This document shows positions 47,463 to 56,500 of a stretch of DNA of 63,101 bases, piece by piece; positions within the stretch are counted from its first letter, which is position 1, and every line of letters starts with the position of its first letter. A model generated the notes under the pieces. The model was not told where the DNA came from and did not search any database. It was given only the letters and a program-made list of their open reading frames with translations. The position numbers were made by a program, and so were the translations under genes. This stretch comes from Actinomycetota bacterium (GTDB lineage: Bacteria > Actinomycetota > Actinomycetes > Nanopelagicales > Nanopelagicaceae), in contig WLDB01000001.1 in NCBI GenBank assembly GCA_009705035.1, positions 1-63,101 on the forward strand. Reading direction: 5' to 3'.

Positions 47463-48964
47463 GAAAGAGACACTATCCAATTTACGAGTAAGCGCACCCC
47501 GAAACCGGTGCCGCCTTTCGGATTTTCTCCTGAATCGCTCTCACTTCGTCCTGGCCCGGCAATATCCAGGTGGAGCCATTTGCGATCTCCTACAAATTGT
47601 TCGAGGTAGAGCGCTGCAGTGACTGATCCGGCGGAACCATCGCCTTTATCGGCGGTGTGATTCAGGTCGGCAACATCACTAAGAAGAGAATCCACATACT
47701 CATCAATGAGCGGCATATGCCAGACACGTTCACCTGAAATTTCGCCAGCAGCGAAGAGTTGTTGAGCCAATTTTTCATCACGTGTATACATCGCTGCATA
47801 TTGGCGTCCTAGACCGAGTGTGGCCGCGCCGGTAAGGGTGGCAATATCAAGTAAATAATCGGGGTCAAGGTGCTTATCTGCATAGGCCAATCCATCAGCC
47901 AAAACTAAGCGACCTTCTGCATCAGTATTAATTATTTCAACGGTAGTCCCGTCATATTGGGTGATGATATCTGAGGGGCGTTGCGAGGTTCCCGATAATG
48001 CATTTTCAGCACACATCATAAGAACGGTGACTCTAATATTTGGTTGCAGGTCTGCAATTGTAGAAATTGTGGCGAGCGCAGCAGCAGCTCCGGCCATATC
48101 ACTCTTCATCCCAATCATGGTGTCATATGGACGCTTAAGGGAGACGCCTCCGGTGTCGAAGGTAATTCCTTTTCCGACAATAACAATATGAGGAAGTGCA
48201 GTTGCAGCTTTACTCTTTGATTTCGCAAGCTTCTTGGGAATGTAAGAGAGCTCAATAAAGCGAGGGCCTGGATTCGGCGATGAACCACCCACGGCAACTA
48301 ATCCACCAAATTTTGTTAACTCACGTCCAGATAAAACCTTAATTGTCAGGTTCTTCTCTTCGGCGATCTTCTTTGCTTCATTGGCAAGCCAGAGCGGATT
48401 CTTAATATTTGAAGGAGTGTGTATGAGATCTCTTGCTAGCAATACTCCTTGCGCGATTGAGTTGGCTCTGGCCACAGTGTTCTGGTCTTCGCTTGCAATC
48501 GAGAGGTGTGGAATTTCTGGTGGTGTTCCACTCTTGAGATGCCACGTGTAAGCGCCAAGTGCCATGGAAATTGCATGGGCTGTAATTGCTGATAAATCTT
48601 CTCGCTTCTCAGTGGTGAGCATTGAGATGAGGTGTTCTGCTTTACCGCGAACTTTTCGTCCTATAGCGGCACCGGCTGTGCGAAGTGATGTCAGACTCTG
48701 ATCTCCGGCTCCTACGAGATAGAGACGATCTATCGAGGTGTGAGAATCAAGTACCGGAATTTCAAAAATCTCACCGGCTTTACCTGTAGGTTTAAAGAAG
48801 GCAAGTTCATCGAGAAGATTAATTTCGAAGAGAGCTTCGATTTCGGAGATGAGAGAGGCTGAGCCGATAAATGAGAATGTTTCATCATCGTGCTTGATAA
48901 AGCCGAGCGCTAAAAGATCTCCTTCGAGGAGCGAATGTAGCTTTGGCTCAACCGAGGAGAGCAT
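47459..48964 (-). CDS. pepA: Leucyl aminopeptidase (M17)
   Basis: VGKGITFDTGG, MKSDMAG, NTDAEGRLVLAD, ATLTGA, HLDIAG. Confidence 0.93.
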   Translation of the reverse strand: MLSSVEPKLHSLLEGDLLALGFIKHDDETFSFIGSASLISEIEALFEINLLDELAFFKPTGKAGEIFEIPVLDSHTSIDRLYLVGAGDQSLTSLRTAGAAIGRKVRGKAEHLISMLTTEKREDLSAITAHAISMALGAYTWHLKSGTPPEIPHLSIASEDQNTVARANSIAQGVLLARDLIHTPSNIKNPLWLANEAKKIAEEKNLTIKVLSGRELTKFGGLVAVGGSSPNPGPRFIELSYIPKKLAKSKSKAATALPHIVIVGKGITFDTGGVSLKRPYDTMIGMKSDMAGAAAALATISTIADLQPNIRVTVLMMCAENALSGTSQRPSDIITQYDGTTVEIINTDAEGRLVLADGLAYADKHLDPDYLLDIATLTGAATLGLGRQYAAMYTRDEKLAQQLFAAGEISGERVWHMPLIDEYVDSLLSDVADLNHTADKGDGSAGSVTAALYLEQFVGDRKWLHLDIAGPGRSESDSGENPKGGTGFGVRLLVNWIVSLS

Positions 48965-48976
48965 CGTGAAGTGGCC

Positions 48977-49156
48977 TTACTTCTTGATAAGGGCGACAGC
49001 TGCTTCGAGTGCGGCGCTGAGATTGTTAGCCTCTTGGGGATTGAGTTCAACCACGAGGCGACCTCCGCCTTCTAGTGGAATTCGCATCACAAGGGAGCGC
49101 GCTTCCTTGGTGACTTCCATTGGGCCATCGCCAGTACGGGGTTTCATCGCTGCCAT
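48977..49156 (-). CDS. DUF3117 family protein (Rv1211-like)
   Basis: MAAMKPRTGDGPMEVTKEARSLVMRIPLEGGGRLVVEL. Confidence 0.93.
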   Translation of the reverse strand: MAAMKPRTGDGPMEVTKEARSLVMRIPLEGGGRLVVELNPQEANNLSAALEAAVALIKK

Positions 49157-49240
49157 GGGGTAAGTATCTCGCATATGAGCCTACTTATGGAAATCGTGAA
49201 TAGGTCGAAATAGCGCATTCTCGCCTTAGGTGAGCGGGAG

Positions 49241-49432
49241 TTAAAGGCCCATAAGGAGAGTAATTCTCTCTTTACCCGACTCAATGAGTGCGCGGACGGA
49301 TTTTTCAGGAACCTTCAGAAGATCCGCTATCTCATCAGCAGATTTTCCGCCGAGAAAGTGAAGGGTAAGGATGATGCGCTCCTCTTCGGGCAGAGATGCA
49401 ATTAGCTCTCTGACAGTTTGAGGGGCGCTCAT
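49241..49432 (-). CDS. Stand-alone sigma-70 region-4-like HTH microprotein (63 aa)
   Basis: IASLPEEERIILTLHF..GKSADEIADLLKVPEKSVR pattern; own TAATCT-N6-ATG. Confidence 0.75.
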   Translation of the reverse strand: MSAPQTVRELIASLPEEERIILTLHFLGGKSADEIADLLKVPEKSVRALIESGKERITLLMGL

Positions 49433-49443
49433 AGGTAGAGAGA

Positions 49444-49890
49444 TTACTCCTGTTGGCGCACAAATCGGGCGAGAGAAATCTTTACCCCGATAAGAATAAA
49501 GGGGCGTACTAGTAAAAAGAGCGCTCTAGATGCCTCAATCTCCTCTGACCAGTGAAAGAGCGAATGTGAATCATCAATCGCCTCAACTTCAAATGTGCCG
49601 CTTCCTTTGAGGATCGAACCATAATGAATGACGTCACAACGTAGAGGTGGATTCCATGCAGTGACTTCCATTAAATCCAAGAGTCCGAATCTTTTGAATC
49701 GTGGATAGTAACGGTGCAGTGGCCCAGTGAATGCAGCAATCTTTGTACCTACTCCAGATGTTTTCTCACCATCTACCCAAACTTTTGTTTGTAGCATCCA
49801 ATTGCTCTGCCCTTGCCAATCGATGATGGCGCTCCATGCCTGCTCTTGTGAAAGAGGAACAGCAACGGTGAGGGCGAGGGCGTTACTCAT
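49444..49890 (-). CDS. SRPBCC/START-domain protein
   Basis: AW..I.DW..Q..WM..T.V, AFTG, D.MEVT.W.PP.RC.V.H.G. Confidence 0.82.
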   Translation of the reverse strand: MSNALALTVAVPLSQEQAWSAIIDWQGQSNWMLQTKVWVDGEKTSGVGTKIAAFTGPLHRYYPRFKRFGLLDLMEVTAWNPPLRCDVIHYGSILKGSGTFEVEAIDDSHSLFHWSEEIEASRALFLLVRPFILIGVKISLARFVRQQE

Positions 49891-50438
49891 TTTGAGTCTT
49901 GGTGATGAGCATTGATAAAATCAATTGCTTCATCAATAGCGGTAGCCCAAAGCACGAGATCTCTCATGCCTGGTTTAACAAAGTGTAAATCTTCAAGTTC
50001 AATGACGAGTTCGTGTAATTTGCGATAAACACCTTCAGGATCAAGAATCACTATTGGTTTGCTATGAAAACCTAAATAACGTCCCACCCAAATCTCAATG
50101 AGTTCTTCTAGTGTGCCAAGTCCACCGGGTAGTGCAATAAATGCATCTGCGAGCTCTTCGATTTTCCCTTTGCGGCTTCGCATCGAATCAACGACAACCA
50201 GCTCGTCATTGTCATGATCGGCAAACTCAATATCGACAAGGCGTTGTGGAATGATTCCAATAGTCTTTCCACCCTTGCTTCGCGCTCCCCTTGAAATAGC
50301 GCCCATCGACGAGACGTAACCGCCCCCTGAGACCAAATCGAATCCAGCATCAGCAATTGCTGCTCCAAGATTGAAGGCGAAATCTATAAATTTTTCATCA
50401 ATTTGCGATGAAGATGAGCAGTAAACGGCGATACGCAT
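49887..50438 (-). CDS. LOG family protein (TIGR00730)
   Basis: RIAVYCSSS, LVSGGG, MRSRK, ALPGGLGTLEE; start MRIAVY with TATCCT-N7. Confidence 0.92.
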   Translation of the reverse strand: MRIAVYCSSSSQIDEKFIDFAFNLGAAIADAGFDLVSGGGYVSSMGAISRGARSKGGKTIGIIPQRLVDIEFADHDNDELVVVDSMRSRKGKIEELADAFIALPGGLGTLEELIEIWVGRYLGFHSKPIVILDPEGVYRKLHELVIELEDLHFVKPGMRDLVLWATAIDEAIDFINAHHQDSK

Positions 50439-50473
50439 ACGGCTGAGGATAGAGGTTGAGTTACTCTTATGCC

Positions 50474-51421
50474 ATGTCAACATCAGATAACAGTCGTTCA
50501 GCGCATAGTCGTTTGGCGCATGGACACGGAGTTGCAACCCTGTCAGGAACTACTGTTTTAGATGTCTGGTTTCCCGCTCCTGCATTGGGCGCGCTTGCAT
50601 CAACAGCGGATGAATCTCTTCGCTCTTTAGCAAAACCAGATTCAGATCGCGGAGTAACCCGAGAAGTTGTTTCGCTGGAGATTAATCTTGATGATGCCCC
50701 AAAAGATGCGCTCGATGCCTATCTTCGCCTGCATTTGCTCTCTCATCGCTTAGTGGCGCCACACGGGCAATCACTCGATGGAATTTTTGGATTACTTTCT
50801 AATGTGGTTTGGACCTCACACGGCCCATGCGCAATCGAAGGTTTTGAATTAACACGCGCCAAGTTGAAGGCGAAGTATGGAAACGTCACAATTTTTGCTG
50901 TCGATAAGTTTCCGCGCATGGTTGATTATGTGATTCCTTCAGGGGTTCGAATCGCTGATGCGGATCGAGTTCGCTTGGGTGCTTATCTCTCTTCAGGAAC
51001 AACTGTGATGCATGAAGGCTTCGTCAATTTTAATGCTGGAACTCTGGGTGTATCGATGGTTGAAGGCAGAATTTCAGCTGGAGTTGTTGTTGGAGATGGC
51101 ACCGATGTCGGAGGCGGTGCATCAATCATGGGCACTCTCAGCGGTGGTGGAAAAGAAGTGATCTCTATAGGCCAGAAGTGTTTGCTTGGGGCTAACTCGG
51201 GGCTCGGAATTTCGCTGGGCGATAATTGTGTAATTGAGGCAGGCACTTACATTACTGCTGCTTCTAAAGTTACTTTGCCTGATGGAGAAATTGTTAAAGC
51301 CGGAACTTTGTCAGGTGCTAGCAACTTACTTTTCCGTCGCAATTCACTTACTGGTGGTTTAGAAGTGATCATGCGTACCGGAACATGGGGCGGCCTAAAT
51401 GCCTTGCTCCACGCTAATTAA
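50474..51421 (+). CDS. dapD: Tetrahydrodipicolinate N-succinyltransferase (actinobacterial type)
   Basis: LDVWFP, YLRLHLLSHRL, VDKFPRMVDYV, EGFVNFNAGTLG, GRISAGV; TACTCT-N6-ATG. Confidence 0.96.
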   Translation: MSTSDNSRSAHSRLAHGHGVATLSGTTVLDVWFPAPALGALASTADESLRSLAKPDSDRGVTREVVSLEINLDDAPKDALDAYLRLHLLSHRLVAPHGQSLDGIFGLLSNVVWTSHGPCAIEGFELTRAKLKAKYGNVTIFAVDKFPRMVDYVIPSGVRIADADRVRLGAYLSSGTTVMHEGFVNFNAGTLGVSMVEGRISAGVVVGDGTDVGGGASIMGTLSGGGKEVISIGQKCLLGANSGLGISLGDNCVIEAGTYITAASKVTLPDGEIVKAGTLSGASNLLFRRNSLTGGLEVIMRTGTWGGLNALLHAN

Positions 51422-51444
51422 TTATTGAATAATATTAATTGAGA

Positions 51445-52662
51445 TTAGCCAACAACAGGAGTAAACCAAGGCGAAGGTATCTTTGTGCGGCTTCTAAAAG
51501 TATCGCCACGGATCACCATTGATACGCCATTGGTAGAGATGCCTTTAATCCAAGTCACCGCTCCTGCTGAATTGCGAGATAAAATTTCTAGCGAAGCAAC
51601 ATCCGGTAGGCCGAAAGCTCGCGAAACCAGTGATTGAGTTGAAGTTGCAGTCCATGATGCATAACGCGGATTGAGCGTTGCAAGAACGCTCGCCGTATCT
51701 GCTACTGAATGTGTATAGGCCGTGTATCCGCCCCACGCATCTGCACTCGCTTGCGTAGCGCCGCCAGATGATGAGAAGTAGTAGGCCTGTATTGGCTTGC
51801 CATTGCTTAATATTGCTAGCCCAGTAGAGCTATCGACGAGCGTGCGAAGTACCGCTGCGCGCCAAATCTGACCCACACGGGGTTCACTTTCTTTTGCAAA
51901 ACCTACAAAGTTTTGATCAACGATATGGTCATAGACATTGCAATCACAGACAGGCTTGATTGCACCCATCTTTGATAGTGCATAGCTACGAGCCGCAATA
52001 GTTTGTGCCTCTAATATCGCTGGTGGCCATGATGTAGGGACTTCACTAATTCCAAGTAAATACTCATCACGCAAAGCAAGTGAATTGGTAATCTCTAACG
52101 CACCCTTTACGACCTTAATTTGAATCTGCCCATATCGATATCGGCTTGTTGAAGTCGATTCAGTTACCGTGACAACAGGGGCAGCGCCTCCAGACCAACG
52201 CAGTGTTGCAACAGCCGGAGTACCTGGTAACCCTTGAATCCCTTTTTTATCTAGAGAGATAGATATTGTTAATTTCTTCTTATTGGCAACGCTCAAGATA
52301 GGTGCGGTCGCTGTATCTGAGAAAGGTAGATCGCCAGCAAAAACTTTGAGCGAACTTGAATTAGTTGAGGTTGAAAAAATCGCACCCTTAATTGCGTGGC
52401 CAATATTGACTCGGATTGTCGCGGTATCTACTACCGGAATCACTTCGACATCTTTGTAATAGTACTTAAGGATTGAGGTGGCGCTCTCGCCTGCTTCCGC
52501 CATAGCCCGCGCGCCGATTTGGCTCATGCCTACGCCATGTCCAAAACCAGAGCCAGTAAATGTAAAAATCGCTGGAGCAGTTGAAGCAAATACCGGCGGT
52601 GCAATGAGAGAGGCAGTTAATGAAATTGCGAGAAAAATTGCCCCTCTGTGGACTTTAGACAT
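51445..52662 (-). CDS. SpoIID/LytB-domain secreted protein (lytic transglycosylase-like)
   Basis: Signal peptide; G.GFGHGVGMSQ.GA..MA; EYLLGISEVP.SWP...LEAQ..AARSYA; YFSSSGG.T; start approximate. Confidence 0.88.
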   Translation of the reverse strand: MSKVHRGAIFLAISLTASLIAPPVFASTAPAIFTFTGSGFGHGVGMSQIGARAMAEAGESATSILKYYYKDVEVIPVVDTATIRVNIGHAIKGAIFSTSTNSSSLKVFAGDLPFSDTATAPILSVANKKKLTISISLDKKGIQGLPGTPAVATLRWSGGAAPVVTVTESTSTSRYRYGQIQIKVVKGALEITNSLALRDEYLLGISEVPTSWPPAILEAQTIAARSYALSKMGAIKPVCDCNVYDHIVDQNFVGFAKESEPRVGQIWRAAVLRTLVDSSTGLAILSNGKPIQAYYFSSSGGATQASADAWGGYTAYTHSVADTASVLATLNPRYASWTATSTQSLVSRAFGLPDVASLEILSRNSAGAVTWIKGISTNGVSMVIRGDTFRSRTKIPSPWFTPVVG

Positions 52663-53461
52663 CCTCATCGGAAGAAGCGCTCTTTCTGACATTCATAAAC
52701 TTCTGATACTCGGCAATTACTTCTGCAGGATTACCGCGGGCCATTAACTTGCCTTTATTGAGCCAGATAACTTCATTACATACATCTTCAATTGTTGCTA
52801 GCGCATGGCTAACCAATATCAGGGCGCGATCGGCTGAACGAAGTTCCTTAACGCGATTAAGCGACTTCTCTTTAAACTTTGCATCACCAGTGCTTAGCGC
52901 TTCATCGATAATGAGAATGTCAGGTTCGACGATTGCTGCAACAGAGAATGCAAGGCGCGCATACATACCTGATGAGTAGGTACGCATGGGCGCATCAATG
53001 GATTCACCGAGCTCTGAAAAGTCAGCTATTGCCTCGAAATTCTCATCAATTTCAGCCTCAGTCATTCCCGCTGCTAGGCCACCTAGATAGACATTTTCGC
53101 GCCCTGTCATTGATGGGTTAAATCCGACACCTAGCGCAAGTAAAGTAGAAACGCTCCCGTAGACGTCAACGCGCCCTTCGGTGGGAGGGATGATTCCGGA
53201 GATAACTCTCATTAAAGTTGATTTTCCTGCACCATTCGAGCCAATAACTCCAAGTACAGATCCGTAATGAATATCTAGACTTATTCCATCGACGGCGCGA
53301 ACAATGCGCGTATGTTTCTTGCCACGACCAAGAGTTTTAATGCGCGCCTTAAGCGTTGGCTTTTTTTCAATTGATGTCTTGTAGGTGAGGCCTAATTCTT
53401 TAATAGAGACAGCAATTGAGGCCTTTGGATGTTCGTGCTTAAAGTCGGACAGCGAAATCAC
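52655..53461 (-). CDS. Polysaccharide/teichoic acid ABC exporter ATP-binding subunit (Wzt/TagH-like)
   Basis: GSNGAGKST, YSSGMYARLAFS, IIDEAL, VSH; probable GTG start. Confidence 0.93.
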   Translation of the reverse strand: MISLSDFKHEHPKASIAVSIKELGLTYKTSIEKKPTLKARIKTLGRGKKHTRIVRAVDGISLDIHYGSVLGVIGSNGAGKSTLMRVISGIIPPTEGRVDVYGSVSTLLALGVGFNPSMTGRENVYLGGLAAGMTEAEIDENFEAIADFSELGESIDAPMRTYSSGMYARLAFSVAAIVEPDILIIDEALSTGDAKFKEKSLNRVKELRSADRALILVSHALATIEDVCNEVIWLNKGKLMARGNPAEVIAEYQKFMNVRKSASSDEDV

Positions 53462-54266
53462 GCTCCCTCGATAGGAAGAAGTATGTACCAATAACAAAAA
53501 TCATAAATGCAAAAGAAAAAGCATGTACGAGCGAAAAGAGCTCGGGGGCTTGCGCATGAACCATTACTCTCGACCAAGAATCGAGAAGATAAAAAATGGG
53601 ATTAACGATCTGAAATTGTTTAATTGAATCTGAAACAGAAGATGCTTCATAAAGAATTGGCGATAAATAGAGCAAGCTTCGAGTGAGGTAAGGCAGGATG
53701 CTCGAGATATCTCTAAAGTAAACATTGATGCAAGAGAAGAGAATTGCTAGTCCGGTTGCGAGCAATAGCGCAATCGTTAAAATCGGGATCGCCCATAACA
53801 TCTGCCACGAATAGCTCAGGCCAACTACGGCATGAATCACAAAGGCCACCACAAGTGTCGGTAGGAACTTTAGAAATGCAATCACAACCGCTGAGAGCGG
53901 CAACATAATTCGTGGGAATGATGTATTGAGGATCAAGCGTTGACCAGAGGTGATTGCTTTTACTCCCCCAGTCAAGCTATTTGCTACCAAATAGAAGAGG
54001 AAGAGTGAAGCAGTCAGATGGGCAAAGCGAGTGCTATCGCTACTTCCACCGATAACGTAGATAAGAAGGAAATAAACAGCTGAGAGCAGAAGCGGATTGA
54101 GGACTAGCCAAAGCTGACCAAAGACCGAGCCATAGTTCTGGTTGCGAAGCTCAGAGCGCGCAAATTCTGAGATAAATGCGCGGCGTTTAAGTAGTGAGCG
54201 GAGATAGGTACCCATTGGAGGCAGACCAGCCTTAAAAGGCAGATAAGTCACCAACGGTTCGCTCAT
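53439..54266 (-). CDS. Polysaccharide ABC exporter permease (Wzm/TagG-like)
   Basis: FGQLWLVLNPLL, FPR..LP, VYFRD, YLSPILY, NP. Confidence 0.92.
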   Translation of the reverse strand: MSEPLVTYLPFKAGLPPMGTYLRSLLKRRAFISEFARSELRNQNYGSVFGQLWLVLNPLLLSAVYFLLIYVIGGSSDSTRFAHLTASLFLFYLVANSLTGGVKAITSGQRLILNTSFPRIMLPLSAVVIAFLKFLPTLVVAFVIHAVVGLSYSWQMLWAIPILTIALLLATGLAILFSCINVYFRDISSILPYLTRSLLYLSPILYEASSVSDSIKQFQIVNPIFYLLDSWSRVMVHAQAPELFSLVHAFSFAFMIFVIGTYFFLSRERDFAVRL

Positions 54267-54296
54267 GTGTGAAAGATTACCGCAGTAGAGCCTTTC

Positions 54297-55304
54297 TTAT
54301 TGATCTAAAGGCACGAGATTCTTCTGTGAAGTAATAAATCCAGCTCCCCATGAAAAATGCATTGTAGGGATGATTAATAGTAGGTAGAGATACTGCCCAA
54401 CGGAGCTTGCAATAGTTGTTGCTGAAATAACTATCGCTACTAGGTAGGTAGCTGCTGGAATTAGTAGCAGCGGATGAATAAGACCAAGAAGGAGTGAGCC
54501 AACAAAACAAACTAGCGCGATGGGTGGCGCCAAATAGCGAAGATTGATTGTTCCTTTATGTCGACGCGCTACAACCCTGCGCCAAGTGCCATACTGAAAA
54601 TACTGTTTTGCTAGAGCAGATATGTTGGGGCGAGGCCGATAAGTAACTTGTAAGCGTGGATCGAAGTAAATTACTCCGCCATTGCTGCGTAATCGAAAGT
54701 TAAGTTCCCAATCTTGTGCTCGCGTAAATCTCTCATCAAAACCCCCGATAGCGATAAGAGCTTCACGCTGAAAAACTCCAAGATAGACAGTATCTACAGG
54801 CCCCGGAGTGCCGCCGGTATGAAATCGTGAAGCGCCAACACCAAGCCTGCTACGCATCGCTTTAGCCACCGCTTTTTCGAAACGAGTTATGCCTTCAGCT
54901 GCCATGATGCCACCTACATTTACTGCACCTGTTTTTTCAAGAGTTTGAACCGCATCGCTTATATATGTACGAGGTATTTCTGCATGTCCGTCAACGCGAA
55001 CAATTATTGTCCCTAGTGATTTTTTGAGCGCAGCATTGAGGCCAGCGGCTGTCTTGCCAGATGGATTATCGACAACAATAACCTGCGAATTATTACGCGC
55101 AATTTGCTCTGCAAGTTCTAGCGATTTATCTTGTGATGGCGCAACAGCAAGAACAATTTCGAACTTGCCGAGATAATCCTGAGAAAGAATCGAGCGAATT
55201 GAACCTTCGAGATAATTCTCTTCATTTAATATGGGCAGAATCACGCTAACAAAGGGCAAGTTGCCCCCTGAATTCTCTAATCCCTGATCTGCCTGTGTCG
55301 TCAT
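54297..55304 (-). CDS. GT2 glycosyltransferase (ExoA-like)
   Basis: VSVILPILNEE, RVDGH, DTVYLGVF, RAQDWELNFR, QYFQYG.WR. Confidence 0.92.
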   Translation of the reverse strand: MTTQADQGLENSGGNLPFVSVILPILNEENYLEGSIRSILSQDYLGKFEIVLAVAPSQDKSLELAEQIARNNSQVIVVDNPSGKTAAGLNAALKKSLGTIIVRVDGHAEIPRTYISDAVQTLEKTGAVNVGGIMAAEGITRFEKAVAKAMRSRLGVGASRFHTGGTPGPVDTVYLGVFQREALIAIGGFDERFTRAQDWELNFRLRSNGGVIYFDPRLQVTYRPRPNISALAKQYFQYGTWRRVVARRHKGTINLRYLAPPIALVCFVGSLLLGLIHPLLLIPAATYLVAIVISATTIASSVGQYLYLLLIIPTMHFSWGAGFITSQKNLVPLDQ

Positions 55305-55340
55305 AACCCCATAACGCTATCGTGCAAGTACCCTACGGAT

Positions 55341-56477
55341 GTGAAATCTACTCGCGCGATTCGAATAATTACCTCACTATCTCTTGGTGTGGTAATTCTC
55401 GCCACCACTACTTGGGTTGGACTCGGGCAGATTAGTGGGCAGATTTCGAGAATTAGCGTCTTTGGAGATTTAGAGAATCGTCCCGAAAAGGTAAGTTCGG
55501 CCCTCAATTATCTCGTCGTTGGTTCTGATAACCGTGAAGGCCTTACAAAGGAACAGATCCGTGAATTACGCGTTGGTGGTACCGACGTAGCTGCTGGCGG
55601 TCGCTCTGACACAATGCTTCTGGTACATATCAGTAAGGCACGCGATGCTGCCTTTATCGTTTCGCTTCCCCGAGATACTTTAGTAACTATTCCAGCGCAT
55701 ATCAGTCAAGATGGAAAAAGTCAGATTCCAGATCGTCCCGGAAAACTTAATGCTGCATTCGCCTTTGGCGGCGCACCGTTGCTCATTCAAACTATTGAGT
55801 TAATGACCGAGTTAAAGATTGATCATTACATCGAAGTGAGTTTTGCTGGTTTTGTTGGAGTCGTAGATGCTCTCGGCGGAATTAAAGTTTGTTCAAAGGT
55901 TGATATCGACGATCCAAAGAGCCATCTAGTTATGAAGGCTGGTTACCATCTTCTCGACGGTGTTGAATCTTTAAAGTATGTGCGAACTCGTGACTTTGAT
56001 GGCCGTGGTGATATTGGAAGAATGGAGCGTCAACAGCAATTCGTGAGTGCAATTGTCCGTAAGGCGACTTCTTCTGGCACATTGCTCAATCCAATTAAGT
56101 TAGCTAACTTTTATCAAGCAACTATTTCAACGGTAAAAATGGATGAAGGAGTCACTAAAAATGATCTTCTTACCTTGGGCAAGCAGATGAGCAATCTATC
56201 TTCTGGCAGCGTCCGAACTTTGACCGTTCCACTTTCTAATCCAAATGGCCGCCATCCAACAGTTGGTTCAGTCGTAATCTGGGATGAAGTGCTCGCATCA
56301 GAACTTTGGAACCGAATTAAAAATGATGCTGCTCTCGTAGATACTGTGCTCCCCGCCACTGATCCTTCTGCTTCAGCCTCATCCGAAGCCTCTCCGAAGG
56401 CAACTCCTACGCCTACAACAATCGATAAATTCAAGACACAGACCGCCGCAAACAATCCCTGCGCAAGTAAGAAATAA
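55341..56477 (+). CDS. LytR-CpsA-Psr (LCP) wall-glycan ligase
   Basis: LVVGSDNR, RSDTMLL, SLPRD, KLNAAF, DIGRMERQQ. Confidence 0.94.
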   Translation: MKSTRAIRIITSLSLGVVILATTTWVGLGQISGQISRISVFGDLENRPEKVSSALNYLVVGSDNREGLTKEQIRELRVGGTDVAAGGRSDTMLLVHISKARDAAFIVSLPRDTLVTIPAHISQDGKSQIPDRPGKLNAAFAFGGAPLLIQTIELMTELKIDHYIEVSFAGFVGVVDALGGIKVCSKVDIDDPKSHLVMKAGYHLLDGVESLKYVRTRDFDGRGDIGRMERQQQFVSAIVRKATSSGTLLNPIKLANFYQATISTVKMDEGVTKNDLLTLGKQMSNLSSGSVRTLTVPLSNPNGRHPTVGSVVIWDEVLASELWNRIKNDAALVDTVLPATDPSASASSEASPKATPTPTTIDKFKTQTAANNPCASKK

Positions 56478-56500
56478 CTCTCTGCAATAGACTCGCACAC

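Noticed and set aside
51416-51447. AT-only quasi-palindrome between convergent dapD and the SpoIID gene
   Set aside because: Weak, imperfect stem; not enough to call a terminator.
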